Source of the DNA: the human T2T-CHM13v2.0 reference genome, Homo sapiens
Length of the DNA stretch: 64,000 nt
Strand: one strand, 5' to 3'
NCBI RefSeq assembly: GCF_009914755.1
Contig: NC_060927.1
Below, piece by piece: positions 28,137-40,669 of this stretch. Below the pieces are notes generated by a model that saw only the letters and a list, made by a program, of their open reading frames with translations, was not told the DNA's origin and made no database searches. Every line of letters begins with the position of its first letter. Position 1 is the stretch's first letter. Made by a program: the position numbers and the translations under genes.

Positions 28137-28314
28137 GTTCAAAACCTCACCAGCACATACTATTGTCAATTTAAAGAATTAAGTTATTTTAATGGTTGTG
28201 CCTATTACGGTTTTAATTTGCATTTCTCTAATGACTAATAATGTTGAGCATCTTTTCATTTATTTCTTTGCCATCATATATCTCCTTTGGTGAAGTGTTC
28301 AAATCTATTACCCA

Positions 28315-28621
28315 TTTTATTTTATTTTGTTATTATTTTTTGAGACAGAGTCTCACTCTGTCGCCCAGCCTGGAGTGCAGTGGTGTGATCGGCTCACTGC
28401 AACCTCTGCCTCCTGGGTTCGAGCTATTCTCCTGCCTCAGCCTCCAGAGTAGCTGGGATTACAGGGATGCACCACCACGCCCAGCTAATTTTTGTACTTT
28501 TAGTAGAGACAGGGTTTTACCATGTTGGCTACGCTGGTCTTGAACTCCTGACCTCAAGCGATCCTCCCATCTCAGCCTCCAAAAGTGCTGAGATTACAGG
28601 CATGAGCCACCATGTCCAGCC
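28315..28621 (-). mobile_element. Alu (S/J type)
   Basis: Full reverse dimer; TSD TATTACCCATTTTA. Confidence 0.95.
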
Positions 28622-30261
28622 TATTACCCATTTTAAAAATTAGGCTGTTTTCTTATTATAGAGTTTGAGAGTTCTCTGTATAATCTGGACTATAGTTGTT
28701 TATCAGGTATGTATTTTGAAAATATTTTTCCCAGCCTATTGTTTTTCTTTTCATTTTCTTAATAGTATTTTTAGAATATTTAAATTTTGATGAAGTCCAA
28801 TTTATCACTTTTTTCTTTTATGATTTATGCTTTTTGTGTTCTAAGACATCTTTGCCTAACCCAAGGTTACAAAGATTTTCTTCTATGTTTTCTTTTGGAA
28901 ATCTTATGTTTGAAGTTTTACATTTGGGTCTATGATCCATTTCATGTTAAAATTTTATAGGTATACGATCTAGGTTCAGGTTCATTTTTCCTAACATAGA
29001 TGTCCAATTCTTCTAGCAATTTCTCAAAAGCAGTTCATTTAATTTTCACCTTGATCAATATTTCTTTTATTTAAGAAAAGTCTTGAAGAAAATTTTTCAA
29101 CTGTTTTGGATTTTCATAAACTCAGAACTTTTCAGCTGTTTTTGATTTTTTCATTACCTATGTGCTAATGATACTATACCCTTGATCAAACTGAAATATT
29201 CATTCATTATAGACCAGGTTAGACACATACCAAGGTGGTCAATACATACCCTAAGATTTATGATGAATAATTGATTTCTCACTGTTGTGAATAGGGCCCA
29301 AATTGTTTGATTATGTATTTAGCTAGTAATGAAAACTCATTAGCAGAATCCTATTTCATGCTTCTTTACACCTGCAAACAATTTCTTCTTGTTTAAAGGA
29401 TTGTTCCATTTGGTCTGCCTGATTTAATTTTTCCCAGTAACACCGTATTAATGACCATCACTCAACCTCACCTAGAAAGCATAAAGGGCTCTCAATCACC
29501 CTTTCCCACCTGGCTCCATTACCACTTTGCACCATCCCAGTACCTTCACCGACACCAAGGACTTGGAATTCCATGATGGTTTTTGAGAAATGGCTTTGAG
29601 TGACTTTGGAGAAGTTACTTAAACCAAGAATAAAAGGATGAGAGGCCCATGTAGCAGATATTCTTGAAATTGCATACAAATATATTTCTGATATTTATTT
29701 TTCATGAACATTCAGTTTGAGCATCGGTTTTATGTGGGGTGGTTGGAGGGAAGAAGACCTTAAACATCTAATTATATGGAAATCATTGGAAATAGCCTTT
29801 TACCCTAAGGAACTGATGACGATTGCCTCAGATCCAAATATCATTTACTTATCCAGAAGAGATTCTTGTTTCAAATATGAGATCACAAAGTCCTTGAATC
29901 AGACTGAAGTTGCATTTTAATTGGGATGGGTATAGCATTGATTTAGCCAATGGAGATGTGACTGGCTGTTCTTTTCTTCCTGCATTATTTACAGGTTTTA
30001 CTTAACCAAGTTCCTCAGAGTGGAGAGCAGCAAAGATGCAATGACTCAGAGTTAGTGCTTTGAGATACTTTATCAGCTATCTGGAAATAGGATCAGCAAT
30101 TACACCACAGGTCCTGGATTCCTGATGTAAAAAGAAGCAGGCAAGTGGCCTGCAAGAACTTGAAAAATGTTTCCTAAATTATGCCTAATATTTGCCATTA
30201 GGAGATTTAGAATACAAGTCCATGACCCTAAGGAGTCATACAGGAAAGTACCTGGTTTTAC

Positions 30262-30553
30262 TTTTTTTTTTTGAGACAGGGTTTTACTCTTTCCCCCAGG
30301 CAAGAGTGCAGTGGCGTGATCATAGCTTACTGCAGCATTGACTTCCTGGGCCCAAGCAATCCTCCCACCTCAGCCTCCCGAGTAGCTGGGACCATAGGTG
30401 CACGCCACCATGCATGGCTAATTTTTTGACTTTTTGTAGAGGTGGGGGTCTTCCTATGTTGCCCAGGCAGGTCTCGAACTCCTGAGCTCAAGTGATCCTT
30501 CTGCCTCGACCTCTCAAAGTGTTAGGATTACAGGCATGAGCCACTGTACCTAG
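30262..30553 (-). mobile_element. AluJ
   Basis: Poly-T then reverse dimer with J diagnostics. Confidence 0.95.
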
Positions 30554-32078
30554 CTGGTTTTAGTTTATTGGTCTCTCAAGCCTGTTTGAGCATGAAACAC
30601 TTAGGTTCTCAGCATATCTATGAATAGCCTGTGGACCAGTGTTCTTTAGGATACCACTTTGGGAAATGTTGAGTTAGAACGCTGAAGAACTAGAAAGGTG
30701 CTTAGTAGTCATCCCATTTATATTGTTATCTCTCTTTCTCTGAGTGTCTTAGCATTTTCTCCCACTCCTCTAACTTCAATGAATTTTATTTTTCTTTCTT
30801 CTTGTTATAAATGTAGTGTTTTCAAGTACAATACTATTGGGTTGGTCGGACACCTTTTATGATATCCTTAAAGCAACATATGAGAATGGTACCAGGCTTC
30901 ATCGTAAAAAGAAGATAATAATATTGACCAGTGTTAATATTGTGAAGATTAAATAGAATATTGTATCTGGAATTCCTTAGTAAAATGTACAATTAGATGA
31001 TCATATTTAGCGTTTCAGAGTTTTTTTTTGTTTGTTTGGTGTCTAAGTGGAACCAGCTAGTCTGGCCTGGGGCAAAATACTAAAAATAGGAGCTTTATCT
31101 TTGGACAAACACTGCCTTTGATTTTTGTGTGACTCATGGATCCACCCTTTCCATTCTGTGGTCCTGATGTCCTGTGTTCTATCTCTCTAGCCTGTTCTCC
31201 TGCAGGGATAAGGTAGAAGTTACCGCCACTTCAAAATGAAAGGAGGAATTTGCACTTTTGGCCCTATGAGACAATGTGAAGAAGGTGGGAAGTGTGCTCG
31301 GATGGAGCCCTCTCCCTTCCACTAGTACTGGAGGCAGGAGATGCTCAAGGCTACACTTCTTCCAGAAATGGTCCCATCAAAAGGATTTTATGGGATGTGT
31401 CATCTTAGGAGCTCTTAGCCTCTGAGAATCTGCACATTCTTGTATGATTTGGGGAAACATTTTACACCCATCTACATAACTTTAAAATATTGTAGGAGAG
31501 TGAGAGAATGACAGAAGGATTTGTAATGGTCAACTGAATCCTCCTTATTAATGCTTTCATTTCTAAGGGAGAATTCTTGGGTCTCAGAGAAGTGACATGA
31601 GTTATTTAAGAGTACAAAACTCATATCTGGGACAATGGCTGAGGCAGTAGGCAATTCTGTGAGCTGGACAGCACCAAGAATATTATCCTCTGATCTGGGT
31701 GCAACGTGATAAAGGAAACATAGGTGAATACTCATTACCCAGGAAAGGGACTTCAAATCGTATCAGAATGAATCGTTGAAGACAATAGTGATGTTTGACC
31801 CAAGAAAAGAGAATCTTCAACTATGGAGGCCAGGAAGATCTAAGGAGCTAGGGCTCTAAAACAGAAACTGCAACCCTGGCTACAAATTAGAATCATGAGG
31901 GGCAGAGCACAAAGCAGGGTGCAGTAGAAGAGGGTTAGTCACGAAAAAGCGATAAGGACCTGCTGACCCCAAGCTCTCCTCCATCCTGAGAGTCTATGAG
32001 ATCAGGAGAAAAACCCTGGTCTTACGTTGAAAAAGCTGCTGAGAACTTTCTCAGTCTCTAGGGAGCAACCATACAGAT

Positions 32079-32236
32079 AGGGCTGGCTTCATGGTCACAG
32101 GGTCCTGTGCTTAGAAGTGTTCAGCACTTGGTTTAATGCTTTGCCATGACCGTCTATAAATTCTTAATCATTTTTGCACAGGAGGGTATGCATTTTCATT
32201 TTGTGCTGGGTTCTGCAATTTATGTAGCTGGTCCTG
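32079..32236. mobile_element. MER91A-like (hAT MITE)
   Basis: AGGGCTGGCTTCATGG...GCATTTTCATTTTGTGCTGGG...TATGTAGCTGGTCCTG terminal inverted repeats. Confidence 0.75.
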
Positions 32237-32394
32237 CATGCAGATTTCCATTATGAACCAACACCATTTCAGGGCTTGGAAGTGGTGACTGTATCATGCC
32301 ATCAAGCTTGAAGGTAGTACCACTGCACCAGCTAAATAATCAGGGGCCAAAGTGAAGATAGGAGGGAAGAGACTAAGTCTCGAGCTTCAGTCTT
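32115..32394 (+). repeat. Source copy of a ~280-bp local duplication (other copy at 34829-35117)
   Basis: Manual alignment gives ~21 substitutions and one 9-bp indel. Confidence 0.95.
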
Positions 32395-33814
32395 CAATGT
32401 TATGCAGACACCATCTTCCATCAGGCTCCAAAAGGCTCTGACAGCTTCCTGGATTTAACCATCCAATTCTTTGTTCAGTCCAACCCTGAGTAAAGTAGCC
32501 AAACTCAGTGCTGGCTTTCAGTTGTGAATTTCTCATGGAAAATCTTCAGTGTATCAAGTCGAGACTGACATAGAGCCCCAGTCTTCTCTGGTTGAGATGG
32601 AACAGCAGAGGAGTAAAGTCTGTGTAAAGATCAGTAAAGAAAGGAAAGGCCTGGAGACCTGTAACTTTCATTCTTTAATTTGAGTACCAAACTTGCAAAA
32701 GAGGAATAATCTCTTAGGAGTTCCCCCTTTGAGTTCAATGATTTCAAGCATGGCCTGAGAATTAGGCATAGGAGCAATTAGCAACATGAGTCATGGTCCA
32801 CAGTGAAATCCCCTTGGTGAGGGAATGACATTTCTCTTTCCCCAGAGCACTTGGCAGCTCAGACAAAATTGTCTGCTGGTCCTGAGGCCACCTCCTCCCT
32901 GGGAGATGATACAGTGATATGCCTGATAATGTCTGTTGGTGTCATAGGCCCAGGGTTTAAAAACAAAATTGAAAAACACACAGTAAGTTGCAATGGTAAG
33001 AGTAAAATTATGTGAGTCCTAATCTAGTTGTTCGATAAAATATTACTAAATTAGACTCTTCACATTCCTTTTGATAGCCTCTTCCTTTGAAGGACAATCT
33101 TACCATACTTTAGAGTTCCACTGCACTGTTCAAAAGGAGTTAGGTAAAACCTATAGGCCAGGTTATGAGGTTTTGTTTTGAATAATTTTCCCCCTTTAGG
33201 TGAACAAAACATTATCTTTATGGCTCTCTGGAGAGCTTCTGACCTGGAGGAGTTATTTTGTTTTGTTTTATAGCCTTAAGAAAGGTTTTAAGAAATATTT
33301 TGACAGAATAACAAACAAGTCAAACAATTTTCAGCCAAAGGCAGCAGCAGCTTGGTTTTTACACTGACATATTTGAGATGGTAATTTAAGGGGTGCTGCA
33401 GTTAGCCACTGCAGTAAAGATTGAATTTCCCTAAAATTATCTAAAGTGTATGATTGGTTGGATGCTTGTGTCTTTAAGACCCTGTTCATGGGTGAGGCCT
33501 TGGTGAATTGCCATGCGTCTAATACAAAGCTACCCTGATTGGGTCTCTGTAGGAATCATCAGCATGGAGGCTGCTGTGGGAGCTGCTATATTCCCTGTGC
33601 CTGGCAACTGTTTTATGCGGAGAATTTTTATCTACATGACACAGGCAAAGCCAGGTATGCTGTACTACCCTTCCTAAGTGTCCTTTTCTGCTTCTTGTTT
33701 CCTCATGATGCACAATAACATGAGATCAAGGAATATGAAGGGGCCAGAATCCTACTGCTTTGACCTATGTACTGGACCTGTGCTGGAACAACCCTGCAGA
33801 CAATCTTCCTATAT

Positions 33815-34113
33815 CTTTTTTTTTTTTTTTTTGAGACAGAGTCTCACTCATCGCCCAGCCTGGGGTGCAGTGGCGTGATCTTGGTTCACTGCAACCTCCG
33901 CTTCCTGGGTTCAAGCGATTCTCCTGCCTCAACCTCCAGAGTCGCTGGGATTACAGGGACGGGCCACCATGCCCAGCTAATTTTTGTATTTTCAGTAGAG
34001 ACGGGGTTTCACCATGTTGGCCAGGCTGGTCTCCAACTCCTGACCTCAGGTGATCCACCTGCCTCGGCCACCCAAAGCGCTGGGATTACAGGCATGAGCC
34101 ACTGCTCCTGGCC
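33815..34113 (-). mobile_element. AluSx-like
   Basis: Full reverse dimer with CCTGACCTCAGGTGATCCACC. Confidence 0.95.
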
Positions 34114-34705
34114 TCTTTCTGTATCTTTCTAAAGGCTGTGAGGACAGACACAGCTCCAGTGATGTTCAGTGCATAAATTCTCTCATTAAAATATCTCAGA
34201 ATTTTATGCTTAGGAAAAAATCCAATACTCTTTTGTATTGCAGTTAGACTGCGAGAGCACTGTGGCATATTGCACTTCCTTTTTGCATTGGATGCCACGA
34301 AGCTCAGAGGTTGCTACATGCTCTATCTTAGCAAATTTCATTAACCTCAGTTTTTGGTACAGCTTTTTTCTCCCCGGCCATCTTTATTACATTGATTGGC
34401 TCTTTTTTTTTTCAATCATTCTATCATATCTGTGGCTTTTAGTACAAGCAGCTGGAAATAAATACATAGAACCCATTTACTCTACTTGTGGAATATTTAA
34501 CCTGATGTATCTTTGTTCCTGGTATTCTTTAGAGCAATAGTTTTCATAGCGGGGGATATTCTTTTTAAGAGTACCCTAGCTACTACCTTCGCTCCCTGTT
34601 TGAGAAGTGCTAAATATGTGTGGTTCAGAAAAGATACCTCGATGATGTCTATATAATCCTTCAACCTATTCCACCCAGGCTGAAAGCTATAGGGGAAGAG
34701 CAATA

Positions 34706-35521
34706 CAGTTGACCCATGAACAATATGGGAATTAGGGGCACCAACCCCACTGCCATACATTAGAAAATCTGCATATAACTTTTGACTCCTTCCAAACTTA
34801 ACTACTTATATAGCCTTCTGTTGACTGCAAGTGTTCAGTACGTGGTTTAATGCTTTGCCATCACCATCTAGAAATTCTTAATCATTTTTGCACAGGAGGA
34901 TATGCATTTTCATTTTGTGCTGGGCTCTGCAATTTATGTAGCTGACCCTACATGCAGATTTCCATTATGAACCAACACCATTTCAGGGTTTGGTAGTGGT
35001 CACTGTATCATGTCTATCATGCCATCAAGCCTGAAGGTAGCACCACTGCACCAGCTAAATAATCAGGGGCCAAAGTGCAGGTAGGAGGGGAGAGACTAGG
35101 TCTCAGGCTTCAGTCTTACTAACTACAAAAGGGTTACTAATAACAAAAAAAGAATTAGAAGACTTACTAATAACAAAAACAGTCCACTATCACATATTTT
35201 ACATGTTATATACAGTATATACTGTATTCTTACAATAAAGTAAGATAAAGACAATGTTATTAAGAAAATCATAAGGAAGAGAAAATATATTTACTATTCA
35301 TTAAGTGGAAGTAGATCATCAAAAAGGTTTTCATCCTTGTTGTCTTTAGGTTGAGCAGGCCGAGGAGGAGGAGGAAGAGGAGAGGTTGATCTTGCTGTCT
35401 CAGGTAGAAGAGGTGGAGGAGGTAGAAGGGGAGGCAGGCACACTTGACATAAGTTTTATTAAAAAAATTACTTATAAATGGCCCCATGCAATTCAAAGCT
35501 ATCTTATTTAAGGATCAACTG
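34706..35521. mobile_element. Tigger2-derived MITE carrying a captured genomic segment
   Basis: TA|CAGTTGACCCATGAACAA...AAGGATCAACTG TIRs; colinear with the Tigger2a copy at 44735 apart from the insertion at 34829-35163. Confidence 0.9.
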
Positions 35522-35525
35522 TTTG
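35386..35525 (+). repeat. Left arm of a perfect 140-bp inverted repeat
   Basis: Exact reverse complement of 36450-36589; the ORF track shows the same 37-aa peptide start on opposite strands. Confidence 0.97.
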
Positions 35526-36449
35526 AAACTTTAGTGTATATGGTACATTCTGATCTAGAAGGTCTCACATAGGGTCTAGAGATGTACAATTGAAATTTTT
35601 TAAAGGAATATTCACAGTGGATTTGAAACAGTGTTATGAAGACTCTAGGAAGCAGTGACCATCCAAGGTTAAAAAAAAGTGATGTAGGGTGAAGATTAAC
35701 CTCATTCTATAAGTCAATACCAAATATTGATTTCAGAATCAAATAGGCTTCATTGCCATGGAATATTCCCTGCCTTAGTGGAACTGGAACACAGGTGACC
35801 TACAGCCTAGTCCCTGTTTTGCCTAATATCTTGGTGACCTTGAGGAATCCTCTTAAGAACTATACCTCTGATCTCCTCATCTGTAAAATAAAACAGTGGG
35901 CGTATGATCAAAATGACTCTTTCCACCCAGAAAATGCAATGATTCTTCACCACCATCCAGGGAGATGGTACATTTAGAAACAAGAGGAATTTTAGTGCCT
36001 CCAGATAAACGATGAACTGTGAGAATGACAGGAAAAAGCCTTTTCTGTAAAAAGTCAATATGGCTTGGTTTTCTGCCAGGGAAGCACACATCCACTTTGT
36101 TCCCCAGCATTATAGATGTGAAAAGAGAATTCATGAGTTGTGTAAATGGCTGTTTCATCCACAGAGTTGGAAGCCAAATGCGATTGTTAAATATTCACAA
36201 TCGATAAAACAAATCTGTAAACTTGATTTAGCTCGGAATAAGGAAGCTGGACTGGAGGAGATCCCTGGAAGGCACTGAGCAGCCCAGGCAGGGCGGATGC
36301 TGAAGATGATCAAGCTCTGTCTCTTCTCTCCTAGATCCTCTCCATCCAGGGATGACAATTCCCCCAACACTAAAAAAATTATTTTGCAGCAATGACCACT
36401 TGAAATTAATGAGTTCATCATCCCATGTCTCTCTTGGAAACAGTAAGAC

Positions 36450-36589
36450 CAAACAGTTGATCCTTAAATAAGATAGCTTTGAATTGCATGGGGCCATTTA
36501 TAAGTAATTTTTTTAATAAAACTTATGTCAAGTGTGCCTGCCTCCCCTTCTACCTCCTCCACCTCTTCTACCTGAGACAGCAAGATCAA
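36450..36589 (-). repeat. Right arm of a perfect 140-bp inverted repeat
   Basis: CAAACAGTTGATCC...CAAGATCAA is the reverse complement of 35386-35525. Confidence 0.97.
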
Positions 36590-36699
36590 TATAAAAAACA
36601 CTTTTTTCTTAACATGAACTCTTTTTTTCTACTGCCATATCTTTCAGTGCAGTACTACATTTTAAACAGAGAAGATGTAATTAAATTAGAATGCGTGGT

Positions 36700-37130
36700 G
36701 AAAAGCAGTGGAGGCTGATAATAATCGCTTTTCAGAGACTGCTGTAATTGGCGCTCCAAGGATTTCATTTCAAAGCATCAGTCAATTTAGGAGGGTTGTT
36801 TTATCTGGACTTGAGCTGCTTTGATGAAGACACTATGTCTTGATGTGTCTAGGTTTTCTTAAATTTAACTAAACTGTTTTTAATGATTATGTTAATAATT
36901 ACAGTACCATGATTCTGTTTTATGGACATTGGATGATAAAATTCGAATTCCCATTCTGCCTATTAGTTAAAGTTGTAACCATAAAACGTGCACAATCCTC
37001 GCTCATTAGGCATTTGATAAGCCCTTGAAATTCCATGACCAATAAAAATGTCCCTGTCATTTGACGTCTCCTGTGCAGAGTTTAATACATCAAATCAAAG
37101 CAGGAGAGGAAGTTTCTTAATGAACATTCT
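36700..37130. promoter_or_regulatory. Candidate distal enhancer (HOX/CDX and TCF motifs)
   Basis: Repeat-free block with GTTTTATGG, CCATAAAAC, CCAATAAAA, CTTTGAT, ATCAAAG; conservation not verifiable here. Confidence 0.45.
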
Positions 37131-38152
37131 AATATCCTACTTGTTTTTGCTCACGCTGTTGTTGTTGCTGTTTTTTAACCCGGATCGCCTTCCTCTTTTT
37201 TGCTCTGGCCCAATGGGTAATATTCTACTTATTATTTAAGTCATAGTTCAAACACCACCTCTTCCATGAAGTCTTCCTTGATTACCAAGAGAGGAGTTTG
37301 TTATTCCAAATTCCAGATCCCAGAGCTTAAGCTTTCTCATTTACAGTATGGTGATCCCAGGGCTATGGTGATTATAAAATGAGTTAACACTTCTGGAAGC
37401 TGAAAGGGTACTGTTATCACTGTTAGGAATTTTTCTTAACTCACCTGTTGGGATGCTGCGAGTTGGAAGTCATGGGATACAACACAGAAGCTGGCTAAAG
37501 TTTAGAGTCATCAGGACAAAATTTTACCTCTGATTGAGAAGTACCAATTAATTATCTGCAGGATGATATTTAGTGTCTGAAAGAAAAAAGCATGGAGGTC
37601 CTGAGGTAGACACACTACCTGGGTATGTAACCTTGGGAAAGTCACTTTATTTTTCTGGGATTCAATGATCTTTTTTGCAAAACAAATTTATTGAACTAAA
37701 TTATCATTAAGATTACTTTTGCCTCCAGTATTCTGGAGTATAATTACACATGGTACAAACCTTAAAATTGTGCCCAAGGTATTTGCAGCATTAAAACTAA
37801 TTAATAACATACCTAATCATCCCAACAGAGATCGGATTTCTTCTGTGCAATTACTGTTCCTGGCTTCATAAAGATAGAGCAGAGAAAAACGTCATTATCT
37901 TAGCATTCCATGCAAAGTTGATTAGTTATATGAAATATGTTTGGGTAATTAATAACTGGAAGTAGAACTCTCCATTTCATTGTTATAGTATCATCTTGAC
38001 AAAATACCAAAGTTTCTTTTGTAGAGAATATAGTGAATTCTGTGATGTTTGCTGGTTCTGTGGAGGATAGAAAAAAAATCTCAATGATAGATCAAATAAT
38101 GGCTAACATTTATTATAATCTTTATTATTTGTAGTAGTAGTAGTAGCAGAAA

Positions 38153-38773
38153 GGTCAGACGTGTTTGAACCAGAGCGACTCCATCTTGAATAGGGGCTGG
38201 GTAGCCTAAGGCTGAGAACTACTGGGCTGCATTCCCAGGGGATTAGGCATTCTAAGTCACAGGATAGGAGGTTGGCACAAGATACAGTTATAAAGACCTT
38301 GCTGATAAAACAGATTGCAGTAAAGAAGCTGGTCAAAACCCACAAAAACCAAGATGGTGACAAGAGTGACCTCTGGTCATCCTCACTGCTCATTATACGC
38401 TAATTATAATGGATTAGCATGCCAAAAGACACTCCTACCAGCACCATGACAGTTTACAAATACCATGGGAACATCATCCTATACGGTCTAAAAGGGAGAG
38501 GAACCCTCAGTTCTGGGAATTGCCCATGCCTTTCCTGTGAAACTCATGAATAATCCACCCCTTTTTTAGCACATACGCAATAAATAACTACAAGTATCCT
38601 TAGGCCAGCAGCTCAAGCCACTGCACTGCCTATGGAACAGCCATTCTTTTATTCCTTTACTTTCCTAATAAACTTGCTTTCACTTTACTCTATGGATTTG
38701 CCTCAAATTCTTTCTTGTGCGAGATCCAAGAACCCTCTCTCGGGGTCTGCATTGAAACCTCTTACTCATAACA
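38153..38773 (+). mobile_element. MER41B-like solo LTR (ERV1)
   Basis: GTTTGAACCAGAGCGACTCCATCTTGAATAGGGGCTGGG...AATAAACTTGCTTTCAC...TAACA; includes the GAS-bearing segment. Confidence 0.92.
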
Positions 38774-38779
38774 GCAATA

Positions 38780-39000
38780 GTGCTAATGCTTGCTGAACAT
38801 TTACCATGCACCAGGCACTGTTCTGAGTGCTTTATATGGATTCCATCACATAGTCAGTGCTGTGAGGTAGGTAATCTCATTATCCCTTTTGAGGTAATGG
38901 AAGCTCAGAGAGGTCAAATGACTTGACTAGAATGATACAGCTCATGTGTGGAAGAAATGGGGATTCAAAGGACTCCTGAGTCCAAGTCCTGGCTGCCAGG
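38780..39000 (-). mobile_element. MIR
   Basis: CCAGGCACTGTTCTGAGTGCTTTA...GCTCAGAGAGGTCAAATGACTTG. Confidence 0.8.
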
Positions 39001-39539
39001 TAGAAGGTGAAAATGACAGGACTGTAGTGTCATTAATGAGAATTAGGACCCCATTTGCAGAAGACTGGCGCTATAAGATAGTAAGAGCAAGGGTGATAAT
39101 CAGCTGCTATGATGGTTCCATTGATACTTAAGATATAGAAACAACTGGTTGGAAACGGCTACTGCTCTGAGTCCAAGTGCCTGCCTCATGGCCTCAAACT
39201 ACTGTGACCTCTTTTATGGGACCCGCTTGCATCTTGTACTCTCCCAGTATCTCTTCATAACCTAGCAACAAAAGACTGTGATATCTGCCACAGCTGGGGA
39301 GTCCAGGATCCTGCCCCAGGGTTAAGACTGGCAACCAGTGTGACCTTTGTTATCCCTGTCATAGTGATTGTGAATTGAAAAAAAATACTGCTCTTGGTAA
39401 GCAGGGCTGTGTATCAATATGCTGCTTACATTTGGGACAAAGGGTCTGTGCCTTCTGTTCTATGGGAAGGTAGTGGGTGGTTGGGGTGGGAGATTGCCTG
39501 AAGCATTGACTTGCCTAAGACAATATTCAAAACAATAAA

Positions 39540-40655
39540 TTTGTGACATTTCAGTAGCACCGTTCTAAACACCATTCTCTAAATAAAAGCAACCAAGGGC
39601 TCTTTGGTGAATTGGATGATCCCCGAGCTGGGGTGGGGAAAATACAGAATGAGGCTGGAGCATCTGGGAATGCCAAACAGTAAGGAAATGTTAAACAAAT
39701 CAACACAAAACAAAAAGATAGGGGTATGCTTGAAAGGCACAAGAGATACCTGGAAGAGCTCTGACTGGCTAAAGTGAGAACAGCTTGACCTACAAAACTC
39801 ATGATGACAGTATTAGCTTACAACTTAAAGAATAAAATAAAAACATTCACCAGCCCATTCTGATATAAATAATGAACTGAACAAATAAATGGGGAAGAAG
39901 TGATAACTCTTCTTTACAGATAAATTCCAATTAATACATGTACAAGAAATGGAAGAAATAGAAAATCATCATTATAACACACACTAATAATTACTGCCAA
40001 CAATCTCTCCTGATGGATGCTATAATTTGTAAGTAAAAGTTTAAACAGAAATGTAGTATTTTCATAGTTTCAAAGGATATTCCCCAAATATTTGGTAATG
40101 ACAAAGGGAAAATAGTAACTTTACAGTGGAGAAACATGGAAGACACCGCATTAGAGAAGTGGTGGAGGTTAGTATCACCAGTAATGCCTGTAGATATCAT
40201 ACACTCCCTGATTTGACAAATGAGAAGCCACATCATCTCCATGGTATACACTCCAATAATGCATTTCCTCCATATAGCAATGAGAAAACATCAGACAAAC
40301 ACAAATGAGGGACTTCGACACAATAACTGAACAGTACTCTTTAGAAGTGCCAAGGTCATAAAGACAAGGAGAGAAGAAATTGTCTTAGGTGGGAGGAGAC
40401 TTAGGAAACATGACAACCAAATGCAAATTGAGATCCTAGATTGGATTCTGGAACAGTAAAAGGACATTAATGGAAAACTAGTGAAATTGGGATAATTCTG
40501 CAGTTTAGTTAACAGTAGTAGTTCTCAGGTTTGATCATTGATCTATGGTTATGGAAGGGGTATTTAATATAAAGGGAAACAGAGTAAATAAAGGGTATAG
40601 GGGAACTCTGTACTATTTTTGTAACTTTTCTCTAAGATTATCTTAAAATAATGAG
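39540..40655 (+). mobile_element. L1MC-type 3' end
   Basis: AATAGTAACTTTACAGTGGAGAAAC...AAAAGGACATTAATGGAAAAC...GGAACTCTGTACTATTTTTGTAAC. Confidence 0.8.
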
Positions 40656-40669
40656 TTTTTTTTTAAATT

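Noticed and set aside
33767-34132. Alu-derived ORFs (also at 1415, 12272, 13802, 16886, 28241, 40915, 42990, 53130)
   Set aside because: Typical antisense Alu read-through peptides, not genes
35386-36589. Inverted repeat as the TIRs of a new composite transposon or as a second Tigger insertion
   Set aside because: The TIR ends point toward the spacer from both sides, there is no TA TSD around the unit, and the arm includes flank unique to the first copy
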